This document shows positions 50,088 to 59,852 of a DNA stretch of 64,000 nucleotides, piece by piece. Numbering within the stretch: position 1 is the first letter of the stretch; each line of letters opens with the position of its first letter. The position numbers and the translations under genes are program-made. The notes under the pieces are model-generated. The model saw only the letters and a program-made list of their open reading frames with translations, did not search any database and was not told the DNA's origin. This DNA is from Candidatus Dojkabacteria bacterium UBA2022 (GTDB taxonomy: Bacteria; Patescibacteriota; Dojkabacteria; SC72): the NCBI GenBank assembly GCA_002335495.1, contig DDBW01000020.1, positions 11,124 through 75,123 of the forward strand, given 5' to 3'.

Positions 50088-51440
50088 TTGCGTAACTGGT
50101 TTATACCGAACAAAAGGAACAGCTTTAAGCCTTACCTGCTTAGAAATACAGCTCTGTCTGTTTATACATTCATCCTTTTTACCGTAAATATTTTAGGAGG
50201 TTTTCTAGGAATCCCTGAAGTTTCAGCAAGTTCAATTGCTAAGGACAATATCATTCGACTAACCAATGCAGAAAGACAGAAATTTGGATTAAATGCACTA
50301 AAAGAGAACTCTAGACTGAGTTCCGCAGCTTTAGCCAAGGCAAATAATATGATTGAAGAACAGTATTGGGATCACTTTGGTCCCAATGGAGAGACTCCCT
50401 GGCAGTTTATAAAAGCATCAGGATATCAGTACATTTATGCAGGTGAGAACCTTGCGAAAGGCTTTAAAAGTTCCGAAGGGGTTGTACAGGCATGGATGGC
50501 AAGCCCAACTCACAGAGAAAATATTTTGAGCGGTAATTATAAAGAGATTGGTATTGCAACTGTTACCGGTGAACTTCTTGGAGAGAATATTATTTTGGTA
50601 GTTCAGATGTTTGGAAACACTACTTCCGAGGTGACACCTTCTGCTCCTCCAACCACGCCGGTTGTTCCAGAACCTAGTGAAAACGGAGATATAAAGAGTA
50701 TTAAAATTACATATCCTGCTGAGGGTTCCGTCGTTACCGACCCTTCTGCCGATATTAAAGGTGAAGTTTTCAACGTTGAAGGGGAATATAAAGTCGAGGT
50801 TTACGATAAAAATAAAGTGGTAGGTAATCTCTCCACCAACGGATCTTTATGGGATTTTAGAAAAGATGCAGATTGGAGTGAAGGGTCACATAACATCACA
50901 GCAACTCTTGTGGATAGTGAAAATAAAGTTGAGGATAGTGTTACCTTTGAGGTTGATAGCACACCTCCACAGATTGATGAGTTCGATATTGCAGTTGAGG
51001 CCAAAGAACCAGGATGGGTAGTTACGATTAATGTAGAAGAGGATTCTCCTGATGTTACAGTCGTTGTTGGATCCAAAACCTATCCATCATCCTTTGTAGA
51101 CAACCTATATAAAGTTGAAATTGAAGAATTGAATTCAGGAGCTAAGGTGGTGATTGTTGCGAGTGATAAACATGGTAATACTTTGGAATATGAAATTACT
51201 GATCTATTTGAAGTTGATGATGGGCAGGTTTTAGGCGGATTTCTCAATAATATAGACATAAAGGATACTGTTAATACAGTTTTTGTTATCTTCATATTTA
51301 TCCTTCTACTTATTGAAATCGTTGTGTATGCTAGAAAGGGTCTCATAAAGGAAAAAAGATCTAGTTTGTTTTCAATTTCAATGTGGTGGCTTTTGATGCT
51401 AATAGGTACTTTAAATGGATTTGAAGGAGTTATCATATAG
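50088..51440 (+). CDS. secreted CAP/SCP (PR-1-like, YkwD-type) domain protein with Ig-like repeats and a C-terminal TM anchor
   Basis: The CAP domain (LTNAERQKFGLNAL ... HFGPNGE ... GENLAKGF ... WMASPTHRENIL) is present. Beta-rich repeats and a terminal hydrophobic helix follow. Confidence 0.65.
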   Translation: MRNWFIPNKRNSFKPYLLRNTALSVYTFILFTVNILGGFLGIPEVSASSIAKDNIIRLTNAERQKFGLNALKENSRLSSAALAKANNMIEEQYWDHFGPNGETPWQFIKASGYQYIYAGENLAKGFKSSEGVVQAWMASPTHRENILSGNYKEIGIATVTGELLGENIILVVQMFGNTTSEVTPSAPPTTPVVPEPSENGDIKSIKITYPAEGSVVTDPSADIKGEVFNVEGEYKVEVYDKNKVVGNLSTNGSLWDFRKDADWSEGSHNITATLVDSENKVEDSVTFEVDSTPPQIDEFDIAVEAKEPGWVVTINVEEDSPDVTVVVGSKTYPSSFVDNLYKVEIEELNSGAKVVIVASDKHGNTLEYEITDLFEVDDGQVLGGFLNNIDIKDTVNTVFVIFIFILLLIEIVVYARKGLIKEKRSSLFSISMWWLLMLIGTLNGFEGVII

Positions 51441-51442
51441 CT

Positions 51443-52240
51443 ATGTTTACCCTCATAAAACAATTTAAAAGAGAATTTGTGTATGGGTCGTATCTTTTCC
51501 TTATTCTCGAACTGTTAGCAACTAAACAGTTGATGGTCACTCCTTTGCTTTATCTCTTTATTACCTTCATTGGTTTGCTCATCATCTTCTTATGGTTTCT
51601 GTATTCAATGATGGTTTTTGGTAGAAAGAAGGTATCCAAGAAGAGTACTGTATACATGACTGTTAACCTTAAAGCTCGAATGTATGCCTATGTAGTAATG
51701 CCTATCGTTCTCTGGTTTTCACTCTCTATCTTCCTTTTCCTTAATGAAAACCCGTATATTAATCAGGCTGTTATTGTTGCCAGTGTCTTTATCTTCTTCT
51801 TTCTTTTCTTAAGAACAAGATCTTCTTTTGAAAAACTATATTCAGTAGATGCAATTACCAGATTTGTATATGATGCTGCAAATATTGTTATCTTTTATCT
51901 CTTCATCGCAGTTCTCAACCGCATTGGCTTGAGTGATCTGTATCTTCTCGCTGTTGTTTTCTTCTTCTCTCTAATATCTCTACATCATATGCTCTACATC
52001 CATAGAAAGGTTAATCTTGAGGCCTCTCTTGTCTCTATCGGATGTAGCATATTGATTACGGTTGTTACATGGGTAACTAAGGATCTGAATATCTACATGC
52101 AGCCCGCAATTCTGGGCGTCTTGTACTACCTAATTGTTACCCTTTGGAATGTAAGATTTGGTGGATCAAGGAGATTTGAGGACTATATCCCTGCAATTAT
52201 GTATGCATTGATGTCAGTTATATTAATTTTAAGTCTATAA
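51443..52240 (+). CDS. integral membrane protein, unknown function
   Basis: 265 codons with ~7 TM helices. Confidence 0.5.
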   Translation: MFTLIKQFKREFVYGSYLFLILELLATKQLMVTPLLYLFITFIGLLIIFLWFLYSMMVFGRKKVSKKSTVYMTVNLKARMYAYVVMPIVLWFSLSIFLFLNENPYINQAVIVASVFIFFFLFLRTRSSFEKLYSVDAITRFVYDAANIVIFYLFIAVLNRIGLSDLYLLAVVFFFSLISLHHMLYIHRKVNLEASLVSIGCSILITVVTWVTKDLNIYMQPAILGVLYYLIVTLWNVRFGGSRRFEDYIPAIMYALMSVILILSL

Positions 52241-52241
52241 C

Positions 52242-52946
52242 ATGGGAAAGAACATTGTTATAAAAGTGGGAGGGTCGTTGATGTATAAAGATGGTCTCCA
52301 GCTTAATACCGTTTTTCTAGATATGCTTAAAGATTGGTATAAAAGGAATCGTGATAACTACGATATGATCGTGATCGTTGTCGGAGGGGGGAAGTTATCC
52401 AGGGAAATAGGTTCTGTTGTTAAGTCACATATAAAAAATATTGATGATGTTCACTCCGTTAGTATGGAATTGACTCAAACCAACGCATACATTTTAAAGG
52501 GGTACATAGGGGATAAAAATATCTTCAATCCTGAGTCTCTAGGAGACGCCTACGAGTTCCTAATGCACGGAAAAGGTACAATGATCTCTGGAGGTTTGAA
52601 ACACGGCTGGAGTACCGACATGGACGCCGCAGTGTTTGCAGATGTTATTGCATGTAAGAAGGTTTATAAACTTTCAGATATTGAAGGTATTTATACGGAT
52701 GACCCTAAGAAGAATGAAGATGCAAGATTGATTAGTGATATCACTTGGGAAAAGTATAGAAAGATGTTTAAGATTAGTAATCGTAATGACGAGCATACTC
52801 CGAATCTACATATCCCAATAAGTGTTGAATGTGCTTTATTCAGCGAAAACAAAAAGATTACCTTCTGGGTATCAGGAGGTAGTTCCATCTACAATAGAAA
52901 GAAGTTAGATGGTGCATTCGAATCTGGAACGCATATACACCTTTAA
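52242..52946 (+). CDS. pyrH: uridylate (UMP) kinase-like amino-acid-kinase-family protein
   Basis: IVIKVGGSL and VVGGG are present. GWSTDMDAAVFADVI...YTDDPKKN matches the PyrH GxxTDxxAA ... DPKKD pattern. Confidence 0.65.
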   Translation: MGKNIVIKVGGSLMYKDGLQLNTVFLDMLKDWYKRNRDNYDMIVIVVGGGKLSREIGSVVKSHIKNIDDVHSVSMELTQTNAYILKGYIGDKNIFNPESLGDAYEFLMHGKGTMISGGLKHGWSTDMDAAVFADVIACKKVYKLSDIEGIYTDDPKKNEDARLISDITWEKYRKMFKISNRNDEHTPNLHIPISVECALFSENKKITFWVSGGSSIYNRKKLDGAFESGTHIHL

Positions 52947-52968
52947 TATTTAGGAAATTTTAGAAAGT

Positions 52969-53427
52969 TTATATTTTCTTGACGGTATATTGAATTTTCC
53001 CTCTTGGGGTTGTAATTTCAACCTTGTTACCAAGCTTCTTGCCTATAAGGGCGTGCCCTAGAGGTGAGTCACTTGAGATAATATTGTGGATTGGATTGCT
53101 TTCACCAACTCCACCAATTTTAAAGGTAGTTTCTTTACCTGTTTCGTCTTCAACAGTTACGCTATCACCAATCTCAACGACATCCTTTTTTACAGCTTTT
53201 ACTATTTTTGCGTTTGCAATCATATCTTTGATCTTAGCAATCTCCTGCTCGTTAGATTTGTAATCTTCAACTGCAAGAGTATATCCGTCGTTTTCTCTCA
53301 GGTCTCCCTGTGCGCGCATTTCTTCTAAAATCTGTTTAATTTCGTCTTTTTTAGGTCCTTCTCTATATAGGAGTTCTTCCTTTAATTTGTCGAGTCCCTC
53401 TTTTGTTACTAAATATTCGTTTTTCAT
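52969..53427 (-). CDS. greA: transcription elongation factor GreA
   Basis: The N-terminal coiled-coil carries the acidic tip (RENDGY). The C-terminal FKBP-like domain is present. The ORF is 152 aa. Confidence 0.85.
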   Translation of the reverse strand: MKNEYLVTKEGLDKLKEELLYREGPKKDEIKQILEEMRAQGDLRENDGYTLAVEDYKSNEQEIAKIKDMIANAKIVKAVKKDVVEIGDSVTVEDETGKETTFKIGGVGESNPIHNIISSDSPLGHALIGKKLGNKVEITTPRGKIQYTVKKI

Positions 53428-53540
53428 AATAGTATCTTCAAAATATCAATAAATAAATGTGGGAAAAATACTAATGTAAATAATCATAACTCTTCTAGAT
53501 TATAATGTCAATTTCTGGTAAAATCGCAAAGTATTGTCAC

Positions 53541-53615
53541 GCCGCTATCGTCTATCGGCTAGGACACATGATTCTCAATCATGTAAGCAGGGTTCGATTC
53601 CCTGTAGCGGCACCA
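53541..53615 (+). tRNA. tRNA-Glu (anticodon CUC) with encoded CCA
   Basis: It was folded by hand. The acceptor is GCCGCUA/UAGCGGC. The D-stem is GUCU/GGAC. The anticodon stem is CAUGA/UCAUG with loop UUCUCAA. The variable loop is 4 nt. The T-arm is CAGGG-UUCGAUU-CCCUG. The discriminator is A, followed by CCA. Confidence 0.85.
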
Positions 53616-53640
53616 TTCCAATATTTATATCCACAGTTAT

Positions 53641-55401
53641 ATGAAAAAGTTTCTATCTTTGTACTTAAGGACTGTAAAAATAGCCTGGCGTAAGAAGTGG
53701 CATTATATAGCCGGAGTAACCTTTGGCATTTTGCTTGTAGCCTTTTCTAACTACGCAGTTTTCAAGATTAAAGATATTGTAAATGCGATTGAAAGTGGTG
53801 GAGACATTGTTCGCCCTCTGGTAGAAATGGCTATTATCCTAATTGTTCCAATCATTGTCCAACCAATATCGTACTTCTATAAATCATACGTATATTCAAT
53901 TGTAACTGGGGATATTATTAACTCTTTGTATAAGAAAGTAATGTCTTTGGATTATGCCTACCATACTAATAAGGAAACGGGGCGGGTAGTATCTTTAATT
54001 ATGAATTCCCACGAAGTTCCAATGCTTTTTCTCTGGAATTTAGAGATATTTGCCTTTGAACAGATTGCCTCAATAGCAATCCCACTTATTCTTTTAGGAA
54101 CTATCTCCCCCGAATTAGCTTTGTACACAGGCCTTTTTATTCTTGTTCTTCTACCTCTCTACGGTAAGCTTGTGAAGTTTGGTGTTAAGGAAAGAAATAA
54201 ACTGAAAGAGGTAGAATATAAAAGAAACAGTGCAATTATCGATGGAGTTACTAACTATGAAACAGTGAGAATCTTTGCCAGGAAGAAGGATGAAATGCAC
54301 TACCTCAGCGGGTTAGTTGATGAAAATGTTAAGGCTATTGATCGATATCAAACCTCTTTTAGAATTTTAGATTTTGCTTCTCATATAGGAGGTCTTGCTA
54401 TTTTTGGAATAGGAGCCGGTTTTATTTATATTAACCGGTTAACACTTTCAATCGGTGAGATAGTAGTTATTGTTACTTATATGCTTCAGCTCTCTCGTAA
54501 AATTCTTGACGTTGTTTTTAGTAGTAGGACTATTCTTAAGAACTTGCCTCTCGTAGAGGATATCTATTCTCTTATGGACCGTAAATCTACAATTAACGAG
54601 CCAAAACGTCCTAAAAAGATTGAAAAACCTAGAGGGAAAGTGAAGTTTGATCATGTAACATTCTCATATAACAAAGGTAAGGGTAATGGGGTACTGCATG
54701 ATGTGAGCTTTAACATCAATGCAGGTGAAACCGTTGCATTTGTTGGCCCATCTGGAGGAGGAAAGTCTACCATTGCGAGGTTAATCCTTAGGTACTTTGA
54801 TGTAAATAAGGGTAAAGTTTTGATAGATGGAGTTAATGTTAAAGCTCTGGGTACAGAGAATGTAAACTCCATAATCGGGGTAGTTCCTCAGGAGCCTGTT
54901 CTGTTCAATCGAAGTTTGAAATACAACATTGGTTACGGTTTCTCAGCTGATGAGGATGAACTTGATAAATATATGGATCAAATTGTTGATGCCGCTAAAA
55001 AAGCTCAAATATACGACTTTATACTCTCACTTCCAGATGGATTTGATACTGTAGTAGGTGAGAGAGGTCTAAAACTCAGCGGTGGGCAAAAACAAAGAGT
55101 TGCAATTGCTAGGGTTATTATCAAGAATCCAAAGATTATTATCTTTGATGAAGCTACAAGTATGTTGGATAGTGAGAGTGAAGAAGCAATCCAAAAGGCT
55201 TTCCATGAGTTGAGTCGCCATGCTACTACTGTTGTTATCGCTCACAGATTAAGCACTATAAAAAATGCTGATAGAATATTTGTGGTTGATGGAGGTAATA
55301 TTGTTGAATCAGGCAACCATAAACAACTTGTTCAAAACGGTAACTTGTATGCCAAGCTTTGGAGAATGCAGAGTGAAGGGTTTATTAAAACTGATAATTA
55401 A
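53641..55401 (+). CDS. ABC exporter, fused permease and ATPase (MsbA/lipid A-type family)
   Basis: It has 6 TM helices. Walker A GPSGGGKST, signature LSGGQKQRVAIARV and Walker B IIIFDEATS are present. Confidence 0.85.
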   Translation: MKKFLSLYLRTVKIAWRKKWHYIAGVTFGILLVAFSNYAVFKIKDIVNAIESGGDIVRPLVEMAIILIVPIIVQPISYFYKSYVYSIVTGDIINSLYKKVMSLDYAYHTNKETGRVVSLIMNSHEVPMLFLWNLEIFAFEQIASIAIPLILLGTISPELALYTGLFILVLLPLYGKLVKFGVKERNKLKEVEYKRNSAIIDGVTNYETVRIFARKKDEMHYLSGLVDENVKAIDRYQTSFRILDFASHIGGLAIFGIGAGFIYINRLTLSIGEIVVIVTYMLQLSRKILDVVFSSRTILKNLPLVEDIYSLMDRKSTINEPKRPKKIEKPRGKVKFDHVTFSYNKGKGNGVLHDVSFNINAGETVAFVGPSGGGKSTIARLILRYFDVNKGKVLIDGVNVKALGTENVNSIIGVVPQEPVLFNRSLKYNIGYGFSADEDELDKYMDQIVDAAKKAQIYDFILSLPDGFDTVVGERGLKLSGGQKQRVAIARVIIKNPKIIIFDEATSMLDSESEEAIQKAFHELSRHATTVVIAHRLSTIKNADRIFVVDGGNIVESGNHKQLVQNGNLYAKLWRMQSEGFIKTDN

Positions 55402-55438
55402 CTCTGAATTAGCCTCTCTTTTATAGTATAATATCTAT

Positions 55439-56119
55439 ATGAAAATTGATGTTATAACAATATTTCCAGAACAGATTGAGTCTTTTGCCAAATTCGGCAT
55501 TTTCAGAATTGCTAAAGAGAAAGGAGTTTTGGATTTTAATGTTCATGATCTCAGAAAATGGACTACGGATAAACATAAGAGTGTTGATGATAAGCCTTAT
55601 GGGGGAGGGGCGGGGATGGTGTTAAAGGTAGAGCCTATTTATAACGCAATCGAAGAGCTAAAAACTGATAAATCCATTGTTATTGCGGCCACTCCACAAG
55701 GGACTCCTTTATCCCAGAAGTACTTAAGAGAACTATCGGATAATAATGATGCACACTATATCTTTATATGTGGACATTACGAAGGCTTTGATCAAAGAAT
55801 TTTGGATAATTATATCGATGTAGAAATCTCTATAGGGGATTACATTCTCTCTGGGGGTGAGCTAGCTTCTCTTGTAATTATAGATGGAATATTAAGGCTT
55901 CTTCCCAATGTTTTAGGCAATTCTCAATCTCCAGTCTCCGAGTCTTTTACCGAAAATATGTTGGAATATCCACAATATACACGACCAGAAGATTTTAAAG
56001 GTTTGAAAGTTCCAGAGGTTTTGCTTCGTGGAAACCACAGTCAAATTGCTCTATGGAGGGATAATAAGGCAAGAGAGAATACCCTCAAAAAACGTCCTGA
56101 TATTGTAAAAAAAGTGTAA
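55439..56119 (+). CDS. trmD: tRNA (guanine37-N1)-methyltransferase
   Basis: The TrmD SPOUT-knot motifs (MKIDVITIFPE ... PYGGGAGMV ... ICGHYEGFDQR) are present. Confidence 0.85.
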   Translation: MKIDVITIFPEQIESFAKFGIFRIAKEKGVLDFNVHDLRKWTTDKHKSVDDKPYGGGAGMVLKVEPIYNAIEELKTDKSIVIAATPQGTPLSQKYLRELSDNNDAHYIFICGHYEGFDQRILDNYIDVEISIGDYILSGGELASLVIIDGILRLLPNVLGNSQSPVSESFTENMLEYPQYTRPEDFKGLKVPEVLLRGNHSQIALWRDNKARENTLKKRPDIVKKV

Positions 56120-56198
56120 TTGTGATTTAATCGCACTTGAGCTGATATCTGATAGAGATAATCTTTCGGATATTAGGCTAAATTATGAATTTAGTCTA

Positions 56199-56666
56199 AT
56201 GATATTTGGCAAGAAATATAAGATAACGTCGCAGAAGAAAGCTGAGTTAGAAAAAGAACTCCATAAGCTTGAAACTTCCGGACGTGATGAGATTGCTGAT
56301 CGTTTAGATTTCATTCGACAACAGCCCGCGGATGAAGATGATTACCCATTTGTTGATGTCCTTGATGATAAGGAATATTTAGAGAAAAGAATCCTTGAGA
56401 TAAAGGATATACTTTCTAACTCTCAAATCATTGAAGACGAGAGTAAACATGATAAGGTTGAGGTCGGATCAAAGGTTAAGGTCGGATTTGAAGGTTTTGA
56501 GGATGAGTATTTGATTGTATCTTCAGTTGAGGCAGATCCACTTTCCAAAAAGATCTCTGATGAGTCTCCTGTTGGACAGGCCTTGGTTGGAGCAAAAGTG
56601 GGTGATACCGTTGATGTACAGATTGGTCACGTTCAGAAAAAGTTTAGAGTTTTAAAAATCACTTAA
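56199..56666 (+). CDS. second Gre-family factor (GreA/GreB paralog)
   Basis: 155 aa. The N-terminus is coiled-coil-like with an acidic region (PADEDDYPFVD). The C-terminus is a Gre FKBP-like domain (PLSKKISDESPVGQALVGAKVGDTVDV). Confidence 0.6.
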   Translation: MIFGKKYKITSQKKAELEKELHKLETSGRDEIADRLDFIRQQPADEDDYPFVDVLDDKEYLEKRILEIKDILSNSQIIEDESKHDKVEVGSKVKVGFEGFEDEYLIVSSVEADPLSKKISDESPVGQALVGAKVGDTVDVQIGHVQKKFRVLKIT

Positions 56667-56684
56667 TTTAATATTAAGATATAA

Positions 56685-58022
56685 ATGGCAGCTATTAGTT
56701 CTTTCCCTTTCGATTCTAGTTACCTTCCAAAAAGTGAAAGAGATACCTTAAAAGTTTTGGAAAAATTAGGGGAGGTTGTCCATCGGGTGTGGGAAAAACA
56801 GGTCGATTCTAAAACCGGCTCTACAACCTTCTATCCTGAAGACCTAAGTCGGGAGGAGTTAATGGTCGCTGCAAAGAAGAATCCTAAGCTTATTTCTCCT
56901 TATACTGTAGTTAAGAGAGATAAAAATAGAAAGCTTGTCGCTGTGAATTTCAGAGATGAATATAGCAAGGAGCATGACAGAATGGTTGAGCTCCTTACTC
57001 TTGCCGCAAAAACTACTAAAGAAAAGAGACTTTCTGCATATCTCTCAAGAACAGCTACCTACATTAATAAGGGGGATTTCGACTCTGTTATGAAATTATT
57101 CTTAACGGTTCCAAACACAAGTATCGATATTCTTGTTGGACCTATTGAATCGTATAATGATAGCTTTATGGGGGTAAAAAAGAGTTACCAATACTCTCTA
57201 AGAGTATTAAGGACTCAGGAAACTCAAGAGGTTGTTGAAATGACAAAAATTGTGGAAAAGCTCGGCATTCTTAAACCTTCTAAGTCAGTTGCCGCTAAAC
57301 TAAAATCAGATAAAATCAAGGTTAGAGTTGATGATGTACTGATGTTTGCAGGACGACAGGCTGGGAGTATGCCTTCGAGTACCAATCTTCCAAATCAGCC
57401 TGAGTGGGTTGCCAAATATGGTACTAAGATTGTTGTATATCACAACGCTCTACTCAAGAAGTTTGACACACAGTTAAAACAGTATCTTAAGAATGTCAAG
57501 AAATTTGATCCTAAGAGAACGAAAGATGCGATGTCTCAGGCAAACTATAGACTCATAGTTCTTCATGAAATTGCAGAAGGAATTGTTAAATATAAAGGAA
57601 TGGAGAATAGGTTAGGAGAGTATATTGATGTTATAAGAGAATTGAACGCAGACCTTTTCGGAGTTAGAAGTGCTAAGTATCATGTGTTAAATGGGCTCAT
57701 TTCTATTGAGCAGTACAACGAACTGTTAATTGCTTTCCTAGTGTTTGCAATTAACGTTTGTCATAAGGCAAAGAAAGAACCTTCAATTATGGTTTATGCG
57801 AGGGGCTTCTATGTTGCATTTAACTACTTTATGAAATCAAAGTCGGTAGTATTTAAAGATAATACGATGACGGTTGATTTTGCAAAACTTTCTGTAGACA
57901 TAGATGTCTTGTCCAACCTTGTAGTTGGTCTTATGGAAAATGGTACTTCTGATGATGCTAGAAAGATGTTCGACAAGTGGAGTGATGCCTCGATTACTGA
58001 GAAGTTAATTAAGGCAAACTAG
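56685..58022 (+). CDS. hypothetical protein
   Basis: It is a 445-codon ORF with coding-like composition and no motif recognised. Confidence 0.4.
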   Translation: MAAISSFPFDSSYLPKSERDTLKVLEKLGEVVHRVWEKQVDSKTGSTTFYPEDLSREELMVAAKKNPKLISPYTVVKRDKNRKLVAVNFRDEYSKEHDRMVELLTLAAKTTKEKRLSAYLSRTATYINKGDFDSVMKLFLTVPNTSIDILVGPIESYNDSFMGVKKSYQYSLRVLRTQETQEVVEMTKIVEKLGILKPSKSVAAKLKSDKIKVRVDDVLMFAGRQAGSMPSSTNLPNQPEWVAKYGTKIVVYHNALLKKFDTQLKQYLKNVKKFDPKRTKDAMSQANYRLIVLHEIAEGIVKYKGMENRLGEYIDVIRELNADLFGVRSAKYHVLNGLISIEQYNELLIAFLVFAINVCHKAKKEPSIMVYARGFYVAFNYFMKSKSVVFKDNTMTVDFAKLSVDIDVLSNLVVGLMENGTSDDARKMFDKWSDASITEKLIKAN

Positions 58023-58025
58023 TAT

Positions 58026-58050
58026 AAGAGCTTAAAAGCTCTTTTTTATT
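58026..58050 (+). terminator. rho-independent terminator (AAGAGCTT-AAA-AGCTCTT followed by a T run)
   Basis: It has a perfect 8-bp stem with a 3-nt loop, then TTTTTTATTT. It lies directly after the stop codon of the 445-aa gene. Confidence 0.6.
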
Positions 58051-58067
58051 TCAATTTATTTAATACT

Positions 58068-58420
58068 ATGTTTGGTGGAGACCCGGTTCCTTCTTACAAA
58101 GATAACGAGTTTCCAGCTTACATGCGTTCCGAGGAAGATTTACGAAACTTTTTAAAAGGTAGGTCAAAAGGAAAAACCCTTTTTGCTTGTGTAGCGGGAC
58201 TTTCTCGGTCGGGATATCTAAAAAACAAGCTAAGAAAGTTGATATTGATGTTGAAGGACAGATTAAGGATAAACTATTCCAGGCATAGGTGACTTTGAAT
58301 CCTTAATTTTAGCTTGCAATGAGGCGGAAGAGAAAGATACGGCAATCTATGTTCAAAGGCTACTTGAGGGGAAAATTCCAGTTAGTATTGTATATATGTC
58401 AGAGAGTGATATCCCTTAAT
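58068..58420 (+). pseudogene. degraded gene fragment carrying a protein-tyrosine-phosphatase P-loop motif (CxAGxxRSG)
   Basis: Frame 1 is 74 codons and contains FACVAGLSRSG. The Cys lies only ~40 aa from the start, with no room for the usual N-terminal half. Coherent reading continues in two other frames after an A6 run at 58216-58221. Confidence 0.3.
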
Positions 58421-59718
58421 TATTTTAACTCTTCTCCGAGTTCTTCAACCTTTACTCTCTTCTGTTCCATAGTATCTCTGTCTCTCACGGTAACAGTTCC
58501 GTCTTCAAGAGTTTGGTAGTCAATTGTTACACACTTAGGAGTTCCAATTTCATCTTGGTATCTATATCTCTTTCCAATGTTTCCTCTGTCATCCCACATT
58601 GTACGCATTTGAGATTTTAGCTGCAGGTATACTTCTCTCGCTTTATTTGTAATATCCTCTTTGTTTGAAACTAATGGAAATACAGCAACTTTATATGCAG
58701 CAATATCTTTATGAAGCTTAAGCACTGTTCGAGTCTCTCCATTCGCAAGCTTCTCTTCTTCATATGCATCAAAAAGCATGTATAGGAATGTTCTATCAAC
58801 TCCTCCAGATGTTTCAACAATCCAAGGAACGAACTTTTCATTAGTGTGAGGATCTCTATAACTAAGATCTTTTCCTGAAAACTTGCTGTGTTGAGTCAAG
58901 TCGTAATCTCCTCTCCAATGTACTCCTTCATTTTCGGCCCACCCCCATGGAGTATTATATTCGATGTCGAACGCTACTTTAGCGTAAAAGGCTAGCTCAT
59001 CATCCGCATGCTGTCTTAGTCTAAGATTCTCGTGCTTTCTATAAAGCTTTTTAAAGAAGTCCATTCTGTCATTCTTCCAGTATTCGTACCATTTTTCCAT
59101 CTCGTCTGGATGTACGAAAAACTGCAAATCCCACTGTTCAAACTCGCGAGACCGATACAGGAGTTTTCCTGGAGTGATTTCATTTCTAAAAGCTTTTCCA
59201 ATTTGTGCAATACCAAATGGTACTTTGACTCTTGAATTGTCGACTACATTTTGGAAATCCAAATATATAGTTTGGCATGCCTCGGCTCTAAGGTAAGCAT
59301 CAACCTTTTCACCCTCTACAACACCAATCTCAGTTTTAAACATAAGGTTGTACTTTTTGGGTACTGTCAGCTCTCCTCCGCACTCTGGACACTCTTTTGC
59401 AAAGTTGATTAGGTCAGGTCTAAACCTTTTATGACACTTTTTGCATTCGACTAGCTCATCATTAAAGTTGGCAACATGCCCACTAGCCTCCCATACTCTT
59501 GGATGGGTGATTATTGATCCATCGATACCAACTACATCCTCTCTATCGTCTACCATATGCTTCCACCACATTCTCTTGAGATTGTTCTTCATCTCGACTC
59601 CAACTGGTCCGTAGTCAAAGAACCCTCCTATACCGCCGTATATTTCAGAGTTTTGAAATAGTATTCCGCGTCTTTTGGTGAGCGCAGTAATTTTGGCGAG
59701 AAGGTCTTGTTCCTGCAT
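58420..59718 (-). CDS. glyQS: glycyl-tRNA synthetase, dimeric alpha2 type
   Basis: It has class II aaRS motifs and the GlyRS N-terminus (ILFQNSEIYGGIGGFFDYGPVG). The C-terminal anticodon-binding domain is present. Confidence 0.85.
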   Translation of the reverse strand: MQEQDLLAKITALTKRRGILFQNSEIYGGIGGFFDYGPVGVEMKNNLKRMWWKHMVDDREDVVGIDGSIITHPRVWEASGHVANFNDELVECKKCHKRFRPDLINFAKECPECGGELTVPKKYNLMFKTEIGVVEGEKVDAYLRAEACQTIYLDFQNVVDNSRVKVPFGIAQIGKAFRNEITPGKLLYRSREFEQWDLQFFVHPDEMEKWYEYWKNDRMDFFKKLYRKHENLRLRQHADDELAFYAKVAFDIEYNTPWGWAENEGVHWRGDYDLTQHSKFSGKDLSYRDPHTNEKFVPWIVETSGGVDRTFLYMLFDAYEEEKLANGETRTVLKLHKDIAAYKVAVFPLVSNKEDITNKAREVYLQLKSQMRTMWDDRGNIGKRYRYQDEIGTPKCVTIDYQTLEDGTVTVRDRDTMEQKRVKVEELGEELK

Positions 59719-59852
59719 ATGATTAATTAATTATTTAACTGAGAAAGTATAACCAAAAAAGCCTTTTAAATCAATTTCAATAATCTCCTTAACTCAATCT
59801 CTGTTTAGAGGTATACTAATGTAGAAATATTATATTTTTAAAAATACAAAAA

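Noticed and set aside
53505-53693. 62-codon plus-strand ORF
   Set aside because: It spans the tRNA-Glu gene and its flanks. It is spurious.
58319-58519. 66-codon plus-strand ORF
   Set aside because: It is an out-of-frame reading across the degraded region and the 3' end of convergent glyQS.
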